Shown: positions 9,785 through 20,072, counted from the first letter of the stretch. The stretch: 64,000 bases of DNA from Acidobacteriota bacterium (GCA_012103255.1 WLXD01000005.1:115225-179224); one strand, 5' to 3'. Program-made: numbers and translations. Notes: generated from the letters alone by a model not told the origin.

Positions 9785-10369
9785 ATGACAGACACCAAGT
9801 CGACAAGCGCAGCATCAGGGATTCCCGTGGGAGTCCTGTGGAATCTGCCCAATGCGCTGAGCCTGTTGCGCATCGTCCTGGTGCCGTTCCTCGTCGTTTT
9901 TCTGCTTACGCGCTACGCATGGGCCGGACTGGCCGTGTTCTGGGCCGCGTCGTTTACCGACTGGCTGGACGGCTATCTGGCCAGGACCCGGAATCAGGTT
10001 ACGCGCATCGGGAAACTGCTGGATCCGGTGGCCGACAAGCTCCTCGTCTCAGCCGCGTTCATCTCGCTGGTTGAGCTGGACTTGGCGCCGGCATGGATGG
10101 TTGTGGTGATCATCGGCCGCGAGATCGCCGTCACGGGCTTGCGCGCAGTTGCGGCGGACGCTCACATGATCATCCCGGCTGGGGCTATCGGGAAGTACAA
10201 GCTCTGCGCGCAGGTTGTCGCAGTCAGCATTCTGATCCTCCAGCTTCGCTTTGAGTGGCTGGCGCAGTACGCGACGATCGCGCTCTGGATTGTGGTGACC
10301 CTGGCGGCGCTGTCTGCCGTGCAGTACTTCTGGGCCTTCTGGAGCCGCGTCGGCGAATCGACGCACTGA
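9785..10369 (+). CDS. pgsA: CDP-diacylglycerol--glycerol-3-phosphate 3-phosphatidyltransferase
   Basis: NLPNALSLLRI, TDWLDGYLAR...GKLLDPVADKLL CDP-alcohol phosphotransferase motif. Confidence 0.93.
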   Translation: MTDTKSTSAASGIPVGVLWNLPNALSLLRIVLVPFLVVFLLTRYAWAGLAVFWAASFTDWLDGYLARTRNQVTRIGKLLDPVADKLLVSAAFISLVELDLAPAWMVVVIIGREIAVTGLRAVAADAHMIIPAGAIGKYKLCAQVVAVSILILQLRFEWLAQYATIALWIVVTLAALSAVQYFWAFWSRVGESTH

Positions 10370-10383
10370 CTGGCGCCCGAGAG

Positions 10384-11400
10384 CTAGTCGCTGGCGAGAG
10401 GTTGCCCATCGCCTGCCGGGGCCGCGAGCGCGGCGAGGAGTCGCTGCCTCACCTCGACGATGAGCTCGTCCGCGTTGTCTTCCTGGAGCGGTACCTGACC
10501 GCCCGCCATCGTGCCGTGTCCACCGGCCGTGCCGAGCCCTTCTATCGCGCGCCGTACCGCATGCCCGGCGTGAGCGAACGGATCCGTGGTGCGCACAGAA
10601 ACGGCGAGCGTATTGCCCTGTCGTCCGAGGCACACGGACCAGGTCACTTCGCGAAGCCGCAATAGAAAATCAGCGATCTCGGCAACCTGATCAGAGCTCG
10701 CCACCGGCCCGAGGTCGGTCATCACGATGTTGCCGTGGACACGAGCTTCGCGGATCGCCGTGAGGTACGTGTCGAAGTACTCGCGTGGCACTCGTGCCCG
10801 CTGGATGCGGGCCACAGTGGCCATGTCCGCGATACGCAGCAGGTCGACGTATATCTCCCGGTCTGCGGCCGATGCCTCGCGGCCAAGATCCTGCGTTTCC
10901 GACCGGATCGCGTAGAAGAGCGCGGTGGCGAGCTGAGTCGTGAGCTCGACGTTCGCGTCGCGCGCGTACTCCGTGACGATGGTTGCGGTGGCGCCGTAGT
11001 TCGGGCGCACGTCCAGATACCTGACGTTCTCCGTCGCGTCGCTCAGCGGATGATGATCGATCACGGCGCGGATCGCGGCGCCCGCCATTACCGGGTTGTT
11101 TCCAGTGCCGGGCTGCGCGTCCACCAGAGCGACGCCGTCGAATTCACCGACCTCGAGCGTCGAGAGCGGCACCGGATCCAGGCCGAGAGCTCGAACCATC
11201 GCCCGATTTTCGGCGCGCCCGATCGTGCCGCCGAATCCGACGGTGGTGTCGATGCCTCGTGAGCGCAGGATATGGGCGAGGGCGAAGGCGCTGGCGAGGC
11301 CGTCAGGGTCCGGATTGTCGTGCGGCAGCATGAGCGCCTTGCCGACGTCGGCAAATGCGTTCAGGAAGCCATCGACGTGCCCGGGGCGGTCCGGCGTCAC
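10384..11400 (-). CDS. DHH/DHHA1-family phosphoesterase (NrnA-like)
   Basis: HDNPDPDG, LVD, IDHH, C-terminal AGGHGTMAGG. Confidence 0.88.
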   Translation of the reverse strand: MTPDRPGHVDGFLNAFADVGKALMLPHDNPDPDGLASAFALAHILRSRGIDTTVGFGGTIGRAENRAMVRALGLDPVPLSTLEVGEFDGVALVDAQPGTGNNPVMAGAAIRAVIDHHPLSDATENVRYLDVRPNYGATATIVTEYARDANVELTTQLATALFYAIRSETQDLGREASAADREIYVDLLRIADMATVARIQRARVPREYFDTYLTAIREARVHGNIVMTDLGPVASSDQVAEIADFLLRLREVTWSVCLGRQGNTLAVSVRTTDPFAHAGHAVRRAIEGLGTAGGHGTMAGGQVPLQEDNADELIVEVRQRLLAALAAPAGDGQPLASD

Positions 11401-12885
11401 TTAGTCGGCCTGGCTCAACCAGTGGACCAACAGGCGAACCCCGAAGCCCACACCCCCGGCGGGTGCGAGCGGCCCCGACTTGGTTCGGTAGGCCGGCCCG
11501 GCGATGTCCAGGTGCGCCCACGGCGTGTGGTCTACGAAGTTCTCGAGAAACTTCGCGGCGGTGATAGCGCCGCCCCACCGACCGCCGGTGTTCTTGATGT
11601 CTCCTACCTTGCTCTTGATGAGGTCGTCGTAGATGTCGAACATCGGCAGTGGCCATACGCGCTCTCCGACGATTTCGCCGGCTGCCACGAGTTCACCTCG
11701 TAGGTCGTCGTCGTTCGCCATGACGCCGGCAATGTCTTCACCAAGGGCAACCACGCAGGCTCCCGTCAGGGTTGCGAGATCGACAACGTGACTCGGCTCG
11801 AACTCGCGCACGCCGTACGCGAGAGCGTCGGCCAGAATCATCCTGCCTTCAGCGTCTGTGTTCAGGACCTCGATCATCTTGCCATTGAGCGCCTCGACCA
11901 GATCGCCGGGCCGATAGGCGTCGCCGTCAGGCATGTTCTCGGCCATCGGAATCAGACCCACGATGCGCCGTTGCACATTGATCTCGGCGACCGCGCGCAT
12001 GGTGCCGGCGACGGCAGCTGCGCCGCCCATGTCGCTCTTCATGTGATCCATGTTGGCGGACGGTTTGATCGAAATCCCGCCGGTGTCGAACGTCACGCCC
12101 TTGCCCACGATGCAGACGGGAGCGGTGCTTTCAGTACCCTCTGGAGCGTGTTCGAGAATCACGAGCCGAGGCGCGGCGGTGGAGCCACGGCCAACAGCGA
12201 GCAGTGCACCCATGCCGAGTTCCGCGGCACGATCCTCGTCGATCACATTGCAGGCGAGACCGACAGACTCGGCGACCGCTCGAACATTCTCCGCAAACCG
12301 CGGAGGGCGCTTGTCGCTCGGAGACGTGTTGACGAGATCCCTCGCCCAGGTGACTCCCGCACCGATTGCACGGCTGCGGTCGATTGCCTCCGCAGCGCCA
12401 CCGCCGGACGGCACCAGCAACTCCTCGATTGTGCTCATGTCGTCCGGCGCAGGCTTGTAGCGCGTGAACCGGTACTCGCCGAGCAGGAGCGCCTCCGTGG
12501 CCGTTGCCGCTGTTTCGGCAGCAGTGCCCACTTCCGTGCGTCCGGCGATCGCCACTCGCGAAGCATTGCGCTGTCGGGCGACGGCGAAGGCGGTAGCGAA
12601 CGTCTCGCGCACAGTCTGCACGTCAAGCTCGTCAGGCCTGCCGAGACCCACGAGGAGGATCTCATCCGCAGCCACGCCGTCGGTGGTAGGTACGGCCAGA
12701 CAGCGTCGTTTCTTCCCGGTGAAGGCCCTGCTGTTCAGTGCCTCGAGAATGCGGCCGCCGCAGGCGGTGTCGAGTTCATCGAATGGCTCGGCGGCCTCGG
12801 CGTCCTGGAACACTGGCAGGAGAAGACATTCGGTGTCCACTGCCGCCAACGGACCGTCGAACGCTGTGATCTGCGGATCGGTCAT
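11401..12885 (-). CDS. pepA: Leucyl aminopeptidase (M17)
   Basis: VGKGVTFDTGGISIK, MKSDMGGAA, NTDAEGR, DLATLTGA, WAHLDIAG. Confidence 0.95.
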   Translation of the reverse strand: MTDPQITAFDGPLAAVDTECLLLPVFQDAEAAEPFDELDTACGGRILEALNSRAFTGKKRRCLAVPTTDGVAADEILLVGLGRPDELDVQTVRETFATAFAVARQRNASRVAIAGRTEVGTAAETAATATEALLLGEYRFTRYKPAPDDMSTIEELLVPSGGGAAEAIDRSRAIGAGVTWARDLVNTSPSDKRPPRFAENVRAVAESVGLACNVIDEDRAAELGMGALLAVGRGSTAAPRLVILEHAPEGTESTAPVCIVGKGVTFDTGGISIKPSANMDHMKSDMGGAAAVAGTMRAVAEINVQRRIVGLIPMAENMPDGDAYRPGDLVEALNGKMIEVLNTDAEGRMILADALAYGVREFEPSHVVDLATLTGACVVALGEDIAGVMANDDDLRGELVAAGEIVGERVWPLPMFDIYDDLIKSKVGDIKNTGGRWGGAITAAKFLENFVDHTPWAHLDIAGPAYRTKSGPLAPAGGVGFGVRLLVHWLSQAD

Positions 12886-12896
12886 CGAGCTGGTCC

Positions 12897-13454
12897 CTAG
12901 ATGCGCGGCACCGTGATGCCGGTCTGCGACTGATACTTGCCCTTGCGATCACCGTAGGAGGTTTCGCAGACGGGGTCGCCGCCGAAGAACAGCAATTGCG
13001 CGATTCCTTCGTTGGCGTAGATCCGGGCGGGAAGCGGCGTGGTGTTCGATATCTCGAGGGTCACGTGTCCCTCCCACTCCGGCTCCAGCGGCGTCACGTT
13101 GGTGATGATCCCGCAGCGCGCGTAGGTGGACTTGCCCACACACACCACGAGCACGTCGCGGGGAATCTTGAAGTACTCGAGCGAGCGCGCCAACGCGAAC
13201 GAGTTGGGCGGGATGATGCACTCGCTGCCCTTGTAGTCGACGACCATCGTGTTCTCGTCGAACGACTTTGGGTCCACGACGGTGTTCTGCACGTTGGTGA
13301 AAATCTTGAACTCGTCCGTCACGCGCAGGTCGTACCCGTAGGAGGACACGCCGTAGGAGATAATCCCCTCCGAAACCTGGTTGTCCTCGAAAGGCTCGAT
13401 CATCTGCTTCGTGGTCGCCATTTCGCGGATCCACGTGTCCGGCTTGATGCTCAT
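12897..13454 (-). CDS. dcd: dCTP deaminase
   Basis: [42 protein letters not shown]. Confidence 0.96.
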   Translation of the reverse strand: MSIKPDTWIREMATTKQMIEPFEDNQVSEGIISYGVSSYGYDLRVTDEFKIFTNVQNTVVDPKSFDENTMVVDYKGSECIIPPNSFALARSLEYFKIPRDVLVVCVGKSTYARCGIITNVTPLEPEWEGHVTLEISNTTPLPARIYANEGIAQLLFFGGDPVCETSYGDRKGKYQSQTGITVPRI

Positions 13455-13457
13455 CGT

Positions 13458-14312
13458 CTAACTCACCCCTTTGGCGGTCTGGTGCGTCCCAGCCCTCTGT
13501 CTGAGCCCCTCGCACCAGTCCATCGGTATGCCGGGAACGCCAAGTACTGCATCGCCCCGGCCGGGCCCGTGATAATCAGATCCCCCGGAGGGTAGCAAAC
13601 CCAGCCTCTTGCACAATCCGCGCAGCTGGTGGCGACGCCCTGAGCGATGGCGCGGGTGCACCACCTCCACGCCGTCGAGGCCTTCGTCGCGCAACGCCGT
13701 CAAGAGCTTCTCGCGCACTCGACTGCTTCCCGGATGGGCCACAACGCTGACACCGCCGGCGATATGGACGGCCTCGATGGCCTCCGCCGTAGACAGCATC
13801 CGCTTGGGCACATGGCAGGTGCGACCGATTCCGAGATACCGGTCGAACGCATCCTGCATCGCGAGTACCTCGCCGTTGTTGACCAGAACCTGGGCCAGGT
13901 GTGGGCGTCCAATGGGCGCCCCATCGGCCGTTTCGAGCACTTCGTCGATCGAGATATTCAGCCCCTGGGCGATCGCCCGTTGGACGATGACTTCAGCGCG
14001 CTCGAGGCGCCACGCGCGTTGGCGCTTTCCGACGTTCATCAGCGCCTCGGCGTCGGGGTCGATGAAGAGGCCCAGCAGATGGATCTCGCGGTTGCCGGTA
14101 CGCGAAGAGATCTCGATGCCCGGGATCACTTCAAGCGACAGGCTGGAGGCCGCCGCCTGCGCCTCTCTGATTCCGGCCGTGGTGTCGTGGTCGGTAATCG
14201 CGACGGCGGCGAGGTGCGCCGCGACCGCTGTCTCGACCAACTCTGTTGGCGTGAGCGTTCCGTCGGACCGCGTCGTGCGCGCGTGAAGATCTGCGCGCGG
14301 TTGGCCGTCCAT
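13458..14312 (-). CDS. PHP domain phosphoesterase (YciV/TrpH-like)
   Basis: DLHARTTRSDG, AITDHDT, GIEIS, HLLG, GRPHLA, AHP, GGSDYHG. Confidence 0.88.
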   Translation of the reverse strand: MDGQPRADLHARTTRSDGTLTPTELVETAVAAHLAAVAITDHDTTAGIREAQAAASSLSLEVIPGIEISSRTGNREIHLLGLFIDPDAEALMNVGKRQRAWRLERAEVIVQRAIAQGLNISIDEVLETADGAPIGRPHLAQVLVNNGEVLAMQDAFDRYLGIGRTCHVPKRMLSTAEAIEAVHIAGGVSVVAHPGSSRVREKLLTALRDEGLDGVEVVHPRHRSGRRHQLRGLCKRLGLLPSGGSDYHGPGRGDAVLGVPGIPMDWCEGLRQRAGTHQTAKGVS

Positions 14313-14467
14313 CGGACTCTCCAGTGATGAGCAAGGAAAGGGAGTTTCCGGCGGCAATCAGCTACGGTCAAGCGATCCACAGGACGATAGCGAGGGCTGA
14401 GCGCGGATATAATGACGCGCACCGGCAGTGCCATTCGGCGCGCCAAGCCCACCTTTTGGAGCCACCT

Positions 14468-15616
14468 GTGGATTACCGCCTGACGGACGAACAGTCCCTG
14501 ATCGCCGAGACCGTTCGCGAGTTCGCCGAGACCCGGGTCCGCCCCTTCGTGCGCGAGTGGGACGAGGCACAGAGTTTTCCCGCCGAGCTGTTCGCCGAGA
14601 TGGGTGAACTCGGCCTGATGGGCGTGATGATTCCGGAGGAATACGGCGGCGTTGGCCTGGGGCCGCTGGAGCTCTCAACGGTGATGGAGGAGCTGGGGCG
14701 CGTCGATCCCTCGGTCGCCCTGGCCGTCGCGGCTCACAATGGGCTCTGCGTCGGGCATATCGCGGTGGGCGCCAACGAGGAGCAGAAGCAGCGTTACTTC
14801 CCGAAGCTCGCCACGGGCGAGTGGGTCGGATGCTGGGGCCTCACCGAGCCGCAGGCGGGCTCTGACGCCGCCGGCACGCAGACCCGCGCCGAGTGGAATG
14901 AGGAGCGCAACGGCTGGATTCTCAACGGCGCCAAGACATTCAATACGAACGGTGCGCGCGCTCACGTCGCCGTGGTGTTGGCAGTTACGACTCCTGGGCT
15001 CGGCACCAAGGGCATTTCGGCGTTCATCGTCGAGGCTGGCACGCCCGGCTATCGAGTGGGTCGAAAGGAAGACAAGCTCGGGATGCGGGCGAGCGATACG
15101 GTCGAGTTGATCCTCGAAGACTGCTTCGTTCCAGCCGAGAACCTGCTTGGGGAACGTGACCTGGGCTTCGTGGACGCGCTCAAGGTGCTCGACCGCGGTC
15201 GGATCAGTATCGGGGCGCTCTCAGTAGGCATTGCTCAGGGGGCGCTTGAGGCCGCTTTGGAATATGCCCAGGAGCGCCATCAGTTTGGTCGGCCGATCGC
15301 GTCTTTCGAGGCGATTCGCGCGAAGCTGGCCCGCATGGCCGCTGGCACGCGCACGGCGCGCGACATGGTTTATCGCGCGGCGAGGCTCCGCGCCGACGAC
15401 AAGCCTTTCAAGCTCGAGGCCTCGATGGGCAAGCTCTTCGCCTCCGAAGTCGGGATGTTCGTGGCCGAAGAAGCCGTGCAGATCTTCGGCGGCTACGGCT
15501 ACGTGAAGGACTATCCCGTGGAGAAGTTCTTCCGTGACGCGAAGTTGTGCACGATTGGTGAGGGGACCTCGGAGGTTCAACGTCTCGTGATTTCACGTCA
15601 GCTTCTGGCCTCGTGA
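14468..15616 (+). CDS. Acyl-CoA dehydrogenase (short/branched-chain type)
   Basis: LTEPQAGSDA, KLGMRASDT, RHQFGRPI, QIFGGYGY, IGEGTSEVQR; GTG start inferred; TATAAT at about 14408. Confidence 0.93.
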   Translation: MDYRLTDEQSLIAETVREFAETRVRPFVREWDEAQSFPAELFAEMGELGLMGVMIPEEYGGVGLGPLELSTVMEELGRVDPSVALAVAAHNGLCVGHIAVGANEEQKQRYFPKLATGEWVGCWGLTEPQAGSDAAGTQTRAEWNEERNGWILNGAKTFNTNGARAHVAVVLAVTTPGLGTKGISAFIVEAGTPGYRVGRKEDKLGMRASDTVELILEDCFVPAENLLGERDLGFVDALKVLDRGRISIGALSVGIAQGALEAALEYAQERHQFGRPIASFEAIRAKLARMAAGTRTARDMVYRAARLRADDKPFKLEASMGKLFASEVGMFVAEEAVQIFGGYGYVKDYPVEKFFRDAKLCTIGEGTSEVQRLVISRQLLAS

Positions 15617-16041
15617 ACTCACCCAGCGAACTCGACTGCCTGCAGCTCGGGCCTCTCGATCACGTCGCGGTCGCTGTGCGCGATATCGACACTGCGGCGA
15701 AACGGTATTCAGCACTCGGGCTCCGTATCGGCCATCGCGAGCAGGTCGGTGATCAGGGCGTCGAGGTGGCCTTTCTCGAAGCGGACGGGACGGCCACACT
15801 CGAACTGGTGTGTCCAACGAGCCCCGACTCTCCGATCGTTGCCTTCCTGGATCGACGTGGTGAGTCGTTGCATCACATCTGCTTTCGCGTGGAAGACATC
15901 GATGCGGCTCTGGCTGCTGCTCGGCGCGCGGAGTTACGCCTGATCGATGACGTACCGCGAGCGGGCGCAAAAGGGTCGCGTATCGCGTTCATCCATCCCG
16001 AGGTCACCGGGGTGCTGATCGAGTTGAAGCAGCCGGCCTAG
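15613..16041 (+). CDS. mce: Methylmalonyl-CoA epimerase (VOC family)
   Basis: LDHVAVAV, QGVEVAF, LELV, LHHICF, AFIHP..GVLIEL. Confidence 0.88.
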   Translation: MNSPSELDCLQLGPLDHVAVAVRDIDTAAKRYSALGLRIGHREQVGDQGVEVAFLEADGTATLELVCPTSPDSPIVAFLDRRGESLHHICFRVEDIDAALAAARRAELRLIDDVPRAGAKGSRIAFIHPEVTGVLIELKQPA

Positions 16042-17192
16042 TCGCGGTCGGCCAGGCCGCGTTCTTCGGTCAGCAGGCGAACGCTACCGCCTGAGTCGAT
16101 CAGAGCGACGCCGAGCGGCCCAACTGCCGCCGGCAGGAGGATGTCATCATCTGACTCGATCCGGACGACCCGAGGAACGCCAGGGTCCGCTGGTCCGAAA
16201 CGCTGCCTTGGTCCGCGGACAAGAAGCCAGGGCCCATACTGCGGACTCACGATGATCCAGCCTCGCCAGGTGGCCAGGTCCAGGTAGACCCTGCCGTTTG
16301 CCGGGATACGGAATTGATGACTGCCGCCGCCCGTGGTGAACGCGTCCGCGGCCGCATCGAGTCCGGGCGCCCAGACGAGATCGTCCACCGCGATGGGACT
16401 CCCGACCGATCGCATGCCGATGTCCTTGCCAGCCCAAGCTCGATTGCCGTTCCGCTGACGTATTCCGTAGACGCGTCCATCGACTCCGATCACGTAGAGC
16501 GTCATGCTACGTGGGTCCTGATCGACCGCCGGACGCAGTGGCGCGAACTCGATTCGGGAGCTGGTCCATCTGGGTGTCCCACTCGCAAGGTCGTAGGCGC
16601 GCAGCGCGTTATCGTCGCCTGTCACATAGAGGGTTCGGCCGTCGACAGAGGCGGATGCTCGCCTGGCTTCCGGTGAGGCTGCGGTCCAAGTGGCAGTAAG
16701 ACCGTCAGCGACGATGTCGATCCGATGGATGCCGTCGGCTCGGATGGCGATGATCGCGCCGTCGGCCACGAGCGCGTCGTGCAGTTCGCCTGCCTGGGCA
16801 AGGAAACCGCGCGGCGTGCCGTCGGGCCCCACGTTGAACCATCCGGTTTCGGCCGGCAGCGCTACGCCGTCGCCGAGGGCTAGCGGCTGGCCAACCAGCG
16901 GATCGCGTAGTTGGACCGACCAGACAAGGCGCCCCGCTTCAAGAGCCTCGACGCGATCCGGGTAGGGCACGAAGACAAAACGACTCCCGACAGCGGCTGC
17001 GTGAGTGGGGACTTCGACATCGTTGTCCTCGTCCATGACCTGGTACGTCCACTCGACTCTGAGCGCGGGGGCGGAAATTTCGTCCGGATTGACACGCGTT
17101 GGGACCGGAGCGAGCGGGTCGAGCTGGCCGGCCCCGGAACAAGCTGCGGTGGCCGCGATCACGAACACCATGCAAGAAGCCCGGACACTCAT
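16038..17192 (-). CDS. PQQ-like beta-propeller lipoprotein (BamB-like)
   Basis: Lipobox ATAAC; Trp-docking blade repeats AYDLASGTPRW, GIRQRNGNRAW, ALEAGRLVW. Confidence 0.7.
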   Translation of the reverse strand: MSVRASCMVFVIAATAACSGAGQLDPLAPVPTRVNPDEISAPALRVEWTYQVMDEDNDVEVPTHAAAVGSRFVFVPYPDRVEALEAGRLVWSVQLRDPLVGQPLALGDGVALPAETGWFNVGPDGTPRGFLAQAGELHDALVADGAIIAIRADGIHRIDIVADGLTATWTAASPEARRASASVDGRTLYVTGDDNALRAYDLASGTPRWTSSRIEFAPLRPAVDQDPRSMTLYVIGVDGRVYGIRQRNGNRAWAGKDIGMRSVGSPIAVDDLVWAPGLDAAADAFTTGGGSHQFRIPANGRVYLDLATWRGWIIVSPQYGPWLLVRGPRQRFGPADPGVPRVVRIESDDDILLPAAVGPLGVALIDSGGSVRLLTEERGLADRD

Positions 17193-18052
17193 CGCTTCCC
17201 CCAGCGCAATTTCGTACGCAAGACCTCGAAATAGGATCGTTGACCGGGATGTAGGAGGTGCAGGCGGTGCGGCGAACGCTGCAGCTTCACACGATCTTCG
17301 CTGTGCAACTGGATGCCACGCTGGCCGTCAAGGGTGAGGATGATCTGCATGTCCTTGGACACCAGTTCGATTTCCACATCTGCGTCACCGGGTAACACGA
17401 GCGGTCGATTGCTCAACGTGTGAGGCGAAATGGGCGTCAGCACGATCGCGTCGACATCTGGCGTGACGATCGGACCTCCAGCAGCAAGCGAATAGGCCGT
17501 TGATCCTGTGGTCGTGCACACGATCAGGCCGTCGGCAACGAAGTTGCTCACAAATTCGCCATTGACGGACGCGCGTAGCTCTACAACACGCGCGAGCTCG
17601 TTCTTGTTGATCACCGCGTCGTTCAATACATCGCGGACGAACGGATCCTGTCTCTCGGGTCCGGTAACCGTGGCTCGCAGCAGTCGCCTTCGACTGTCGG
17701 TGTACTCGCCATCAAGAATCGCGTGCGTCGCCGATTCAAGCTCGTCGCGAGGCGTCGGTGTCATGAAGCCCAGGCCGCCGTAGTTCACGCCGAACACTGG
17801 TACGTCGGCGGCGGCCGCACTAGGAGCTATCGATAGCAGCGTTCCGTCGCCTCCGAGGACGATCAGGAGATCGCTCGCGGCTGCCAGTTGCTCGCGAGGA
17901 ATACCGTTGCTTCCGATCATCCGTCCGGCTTCATCGTCCAGCGTGACGCTGGCTCCGTGACTCTCGATCACGCCAGTGAGCCGTTCGAAGTCGACGGTAT
18001 CCGGGTCAGGCTGTGGTTTCGCCACGATGCCGACGCGCTTGAACTCGGTCAC
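17189..18052 (-). CDS. nadK: NAD kinase
   Basis: LGGDGTLL, GVNYGGLGF, LNDAV, DGLIVCTTTGSTAYSLAAGGP; GTG start overlapping the tlyA stop. Confidence 0.95.
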   Translation of the reverse strand: MTEFKRVGIVAKPQPDPDTVDFERLTGVIESHGASVTLDDEAGRMIGSNGIPREQLAAASDLLIVLGGDGTLLSIAPSAAAADVPVFGVNYGGLGFMTPTPRDELESATHAILDGEYTDSRRRLLRATVTGPERQDPFVRDVLNDAVINKNELARVVELRASVNGEFVSNFVADGLIVCTTTGSTAYSLAAGGPIVTPDVDAIVLTPISPHTLSNRPLVLPGDADVEIELVSKDMQIILTLDGQRGIQLHSEDRVKLQRSPHRLHLLHPGQRSYFEVLRTKLRWGKR

Positions 18053-18882
18053 GCTGCTGCTCCGGAGTCGCGGTCGTCCGGGATCGTCACTTGATCGTCC
18101 CAGTCTGCCTGGTGAGTCGCCCCGGCATCGTGCCGAAGCTGCAGGAAACACTCCCAGTTACCGGCGGGGCCGCGCAGAGGACTTGGGCGTGCGGCGATCA
18201 CGGACCAGCCGGCGCGGGCCGCTGCGTTGGCGACGTGTGCCAGTGCCTGGCGTCTGATCGCTCCCGATCGAACAACACCGCCTTTCTCGACATCCTGAGG
18301 CCGCGATTCGAACTGCGGCTTCACGAGAACCAGCGCGTCAGCGGCCTCAGCAACCAGGTGGGTGACTGCCGGCAACACCTTGGCGACGCTGATGAATGAC
18401 AGGTCCATGACGACCAGACTGGGGGTGGGGTGGCCAGCGAGCGCGTTTGGCGCGAGATTGCGGGCGTTTGTACGCTCGAGGACAGTGACGCGAGGATCCT
18501 GGCGGAGCTTCCAGGCAAGCTGACCATAGCCGACGTCGACTGCGATCACGTGGTCGACGCCTGCCTGGAGTAGGCAGTCCGTGAAGCCGCCCGTGGAGGC
18601 GCCCACATCGATCGCGACGCGTCCGGCAGTGGTGATTCCGGAGGCTTCGAGCGGCTCTAACAACTTGTCGCCGCCCCGACTAACGTAGCGTTCTCCGGCG
18701 ATGACGCTGAGGTCAGCAGTTGGTTTCACGGCGGAGCCCGGCTTGTCAGCTGTGTGGCCGTCGACCCGTACCTGTCCCGCCAGAATGAGTCGCTTCGCGC
18801 GGCTGCGGCTATCGACCAGCCCGGCTGAGACCAGCGCTTCGTCGAGCCGCGTTCGACCACCCGTGGCGCGATCGGCCGCCAT
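18049..18882 (-). CDS. tlyA: TlyA-family rRNA 2'-O-methyltransferase
   Basis: S4 domain RLD..SRSRAK, YVSRGGDKL, DVGASTGGFTD, DLSFIS, LVKPQFE. Confidence 0.95.
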   Translation of the reverse strand: MAADRATGGRTRLDEALVSAGLVDSRSRAKRLILAGQVRVDGHTADKPGSAVKPTADLSVIAGERYVSRGGDKLLEPLEASGITTAGRVAIDVGASTGGFTDCLLQAGVDHVIAVDVGYGQLAWKLRQDPRVTVLERTNARNLAPNALAGHPTPSLVVMDLSFISVAKVLPAVTHLVAEAADALVLVKPQFESRPQDVEKGGVVRSGAIRRQALAHVANAAARAGWSVIAARPSPLRGPAGNWECFLQLRHDAGATHQADWDDQVTIPDDRDSGAAA

Positions 18883-19787
18883 CAATGACTCCTCGCGATC
18901 ACGTAGTCGGCGAGGCCTCGCAGCGGTTCCGTATTCTCGCTCGGGAGCGAATCGAGCGCGGTTATGGCGCGGTCGCGCAGCGCCTTCGCTTCGGCGCGAC
19001 TGGCTTCCACGCCGATGAGGCTCGGAAACGTGGGTTGGTCGCGCGCAGCATCGCCCCCGGGATTCTTGCCCAACTCCTCGGCGGTGCCCTCGACGTCGAG
19101 GAGGTCGTCAACCACCTGGAACGCCAGGCCCAGAGCGTCGCCGTAGTCGGTCAGCGCCCGTATGGCGGTCGCATCGCCGGTGCCCACCATTCCTCCTCCC
19201 ACGACCGATGCGGTGAGCAGGGCGCCGGTCTTGAGCGCGTGGAGTTGACGCAGACCGTCGAGATCCAGGTCGTGGCCGGCTGCTTCGACATCCAGGGTCT
19301 GTCCACCGCACATCCCGACGCTGCCGGAGGCCGAGGCAAGGAGTCGCCCCGCACGTGTCCAGTCGAGTGGATTGCCGGACGTCAGCGCGGCATCCGATAC
19401 GACCTCGAAGGCGAGTGCCTGCAGGGCGTCGCCGGCCAGGATCGCGATGGTCTCGCCATAGACGGCGTGGCAGGTCGGCTGGCCACGGCGCAACGCTTCA
19501 TCATCGAAGGCGGGCAAGTCGTCGTGGATCAGCGAATAGGTATGGATGAGTTCGACCGCGCAGGCGAAAGGCATGGCGACCTCTCGGGCGCCGCCGCACG
19601 CTTCGGCGCCCGCAAGCGCGAGCATCGGACGCAGACGTTTGCCCCCCGCGAAGACAGAGTGGCGCATCGCGGCATGCAGAGACTCGGGAATCGCGCTCGC
19701 GCCGGGCAGCACCGAATCAAGGGCGGCGTCGACCACGGGCCTGGTTGCCTCCAGGTACTCGCGCGCCGCGGTTGCCACTTCAGCCAT
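18882..19787 (-). CDS. ispA: Farnesyl/geranylgeranyl diphosphate synthase
   Basis: GGKRLRP, SLIHDDLP, AILAGD, GQTLD, KTGAL, FQVVDDLLD. Confidence 0.93.
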   Translation of the reverse strand: MAEVATAAREYLEATRPVVDAALDSVLPGASAIPESLHAAMRHSVFAGGKRLRPMLALAGAEACGGAREVAMPFACAVELIHTYSLIHDDLPAFDDEALRRGQPTCHAVYGETIAILAGDALQALAFEVVSDAALTSGNPLDWTRAGRLLASASGSVGMCGGQTLDVEAAGHDLDLDGLRQLHALKTGALLTASVVGGGMVGTGDATAIRALTDYGDALGLAFQVVDDLLDVEGTAEELGKNPGGDAARDQPTFPSLIGVEASRAEAKALRDRAITALDSLPSENTEPLRGLADYVIARSH

Positions 19788-20034
19788 CGTCGTCTTGAGC
19801 CGTATCGAGTGGGGCGGCCACAGGGTCGCCGTCCAGATCGCGGGTGAGTATTTCTAGCTTCTGCTCGACGCTGCCCAGGCGCGTTCGGCAGTGCCGGAAG
19901 AGTGCGACCGCCTGCTCGTAGACACGCAGCGACTCCTCGAGCGGCACGTCGCCATCCTCGAGTTCGCCAGCGAGCGCCTCGAGGCGATCAAGGGCTTCGT
20001 CGAAGCGCAGTTCTTCGATGTTCTCGTCGGTCAT
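19780..20034 (-). CDS. xseB: Exodeoxyribonuclease VII small subunit
   Basis: FDEALDRLE...LEDGDVPLEESLRVYEQA; lies between xseA and ispA. Confidence 0.93.
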   Translation of the reverse strand: MTDENIEELRFDEALDRLEALAGELEDGDVPLEESLRVYEQAVALFRHCRTRLGSVEQKLEILTRDLDGDPVAAPLDTAQDDDG

Positions 20035-20072
20035 GAAAGCCTGCTCCTGAGGTTCCGGCACGTTACCAAGAA

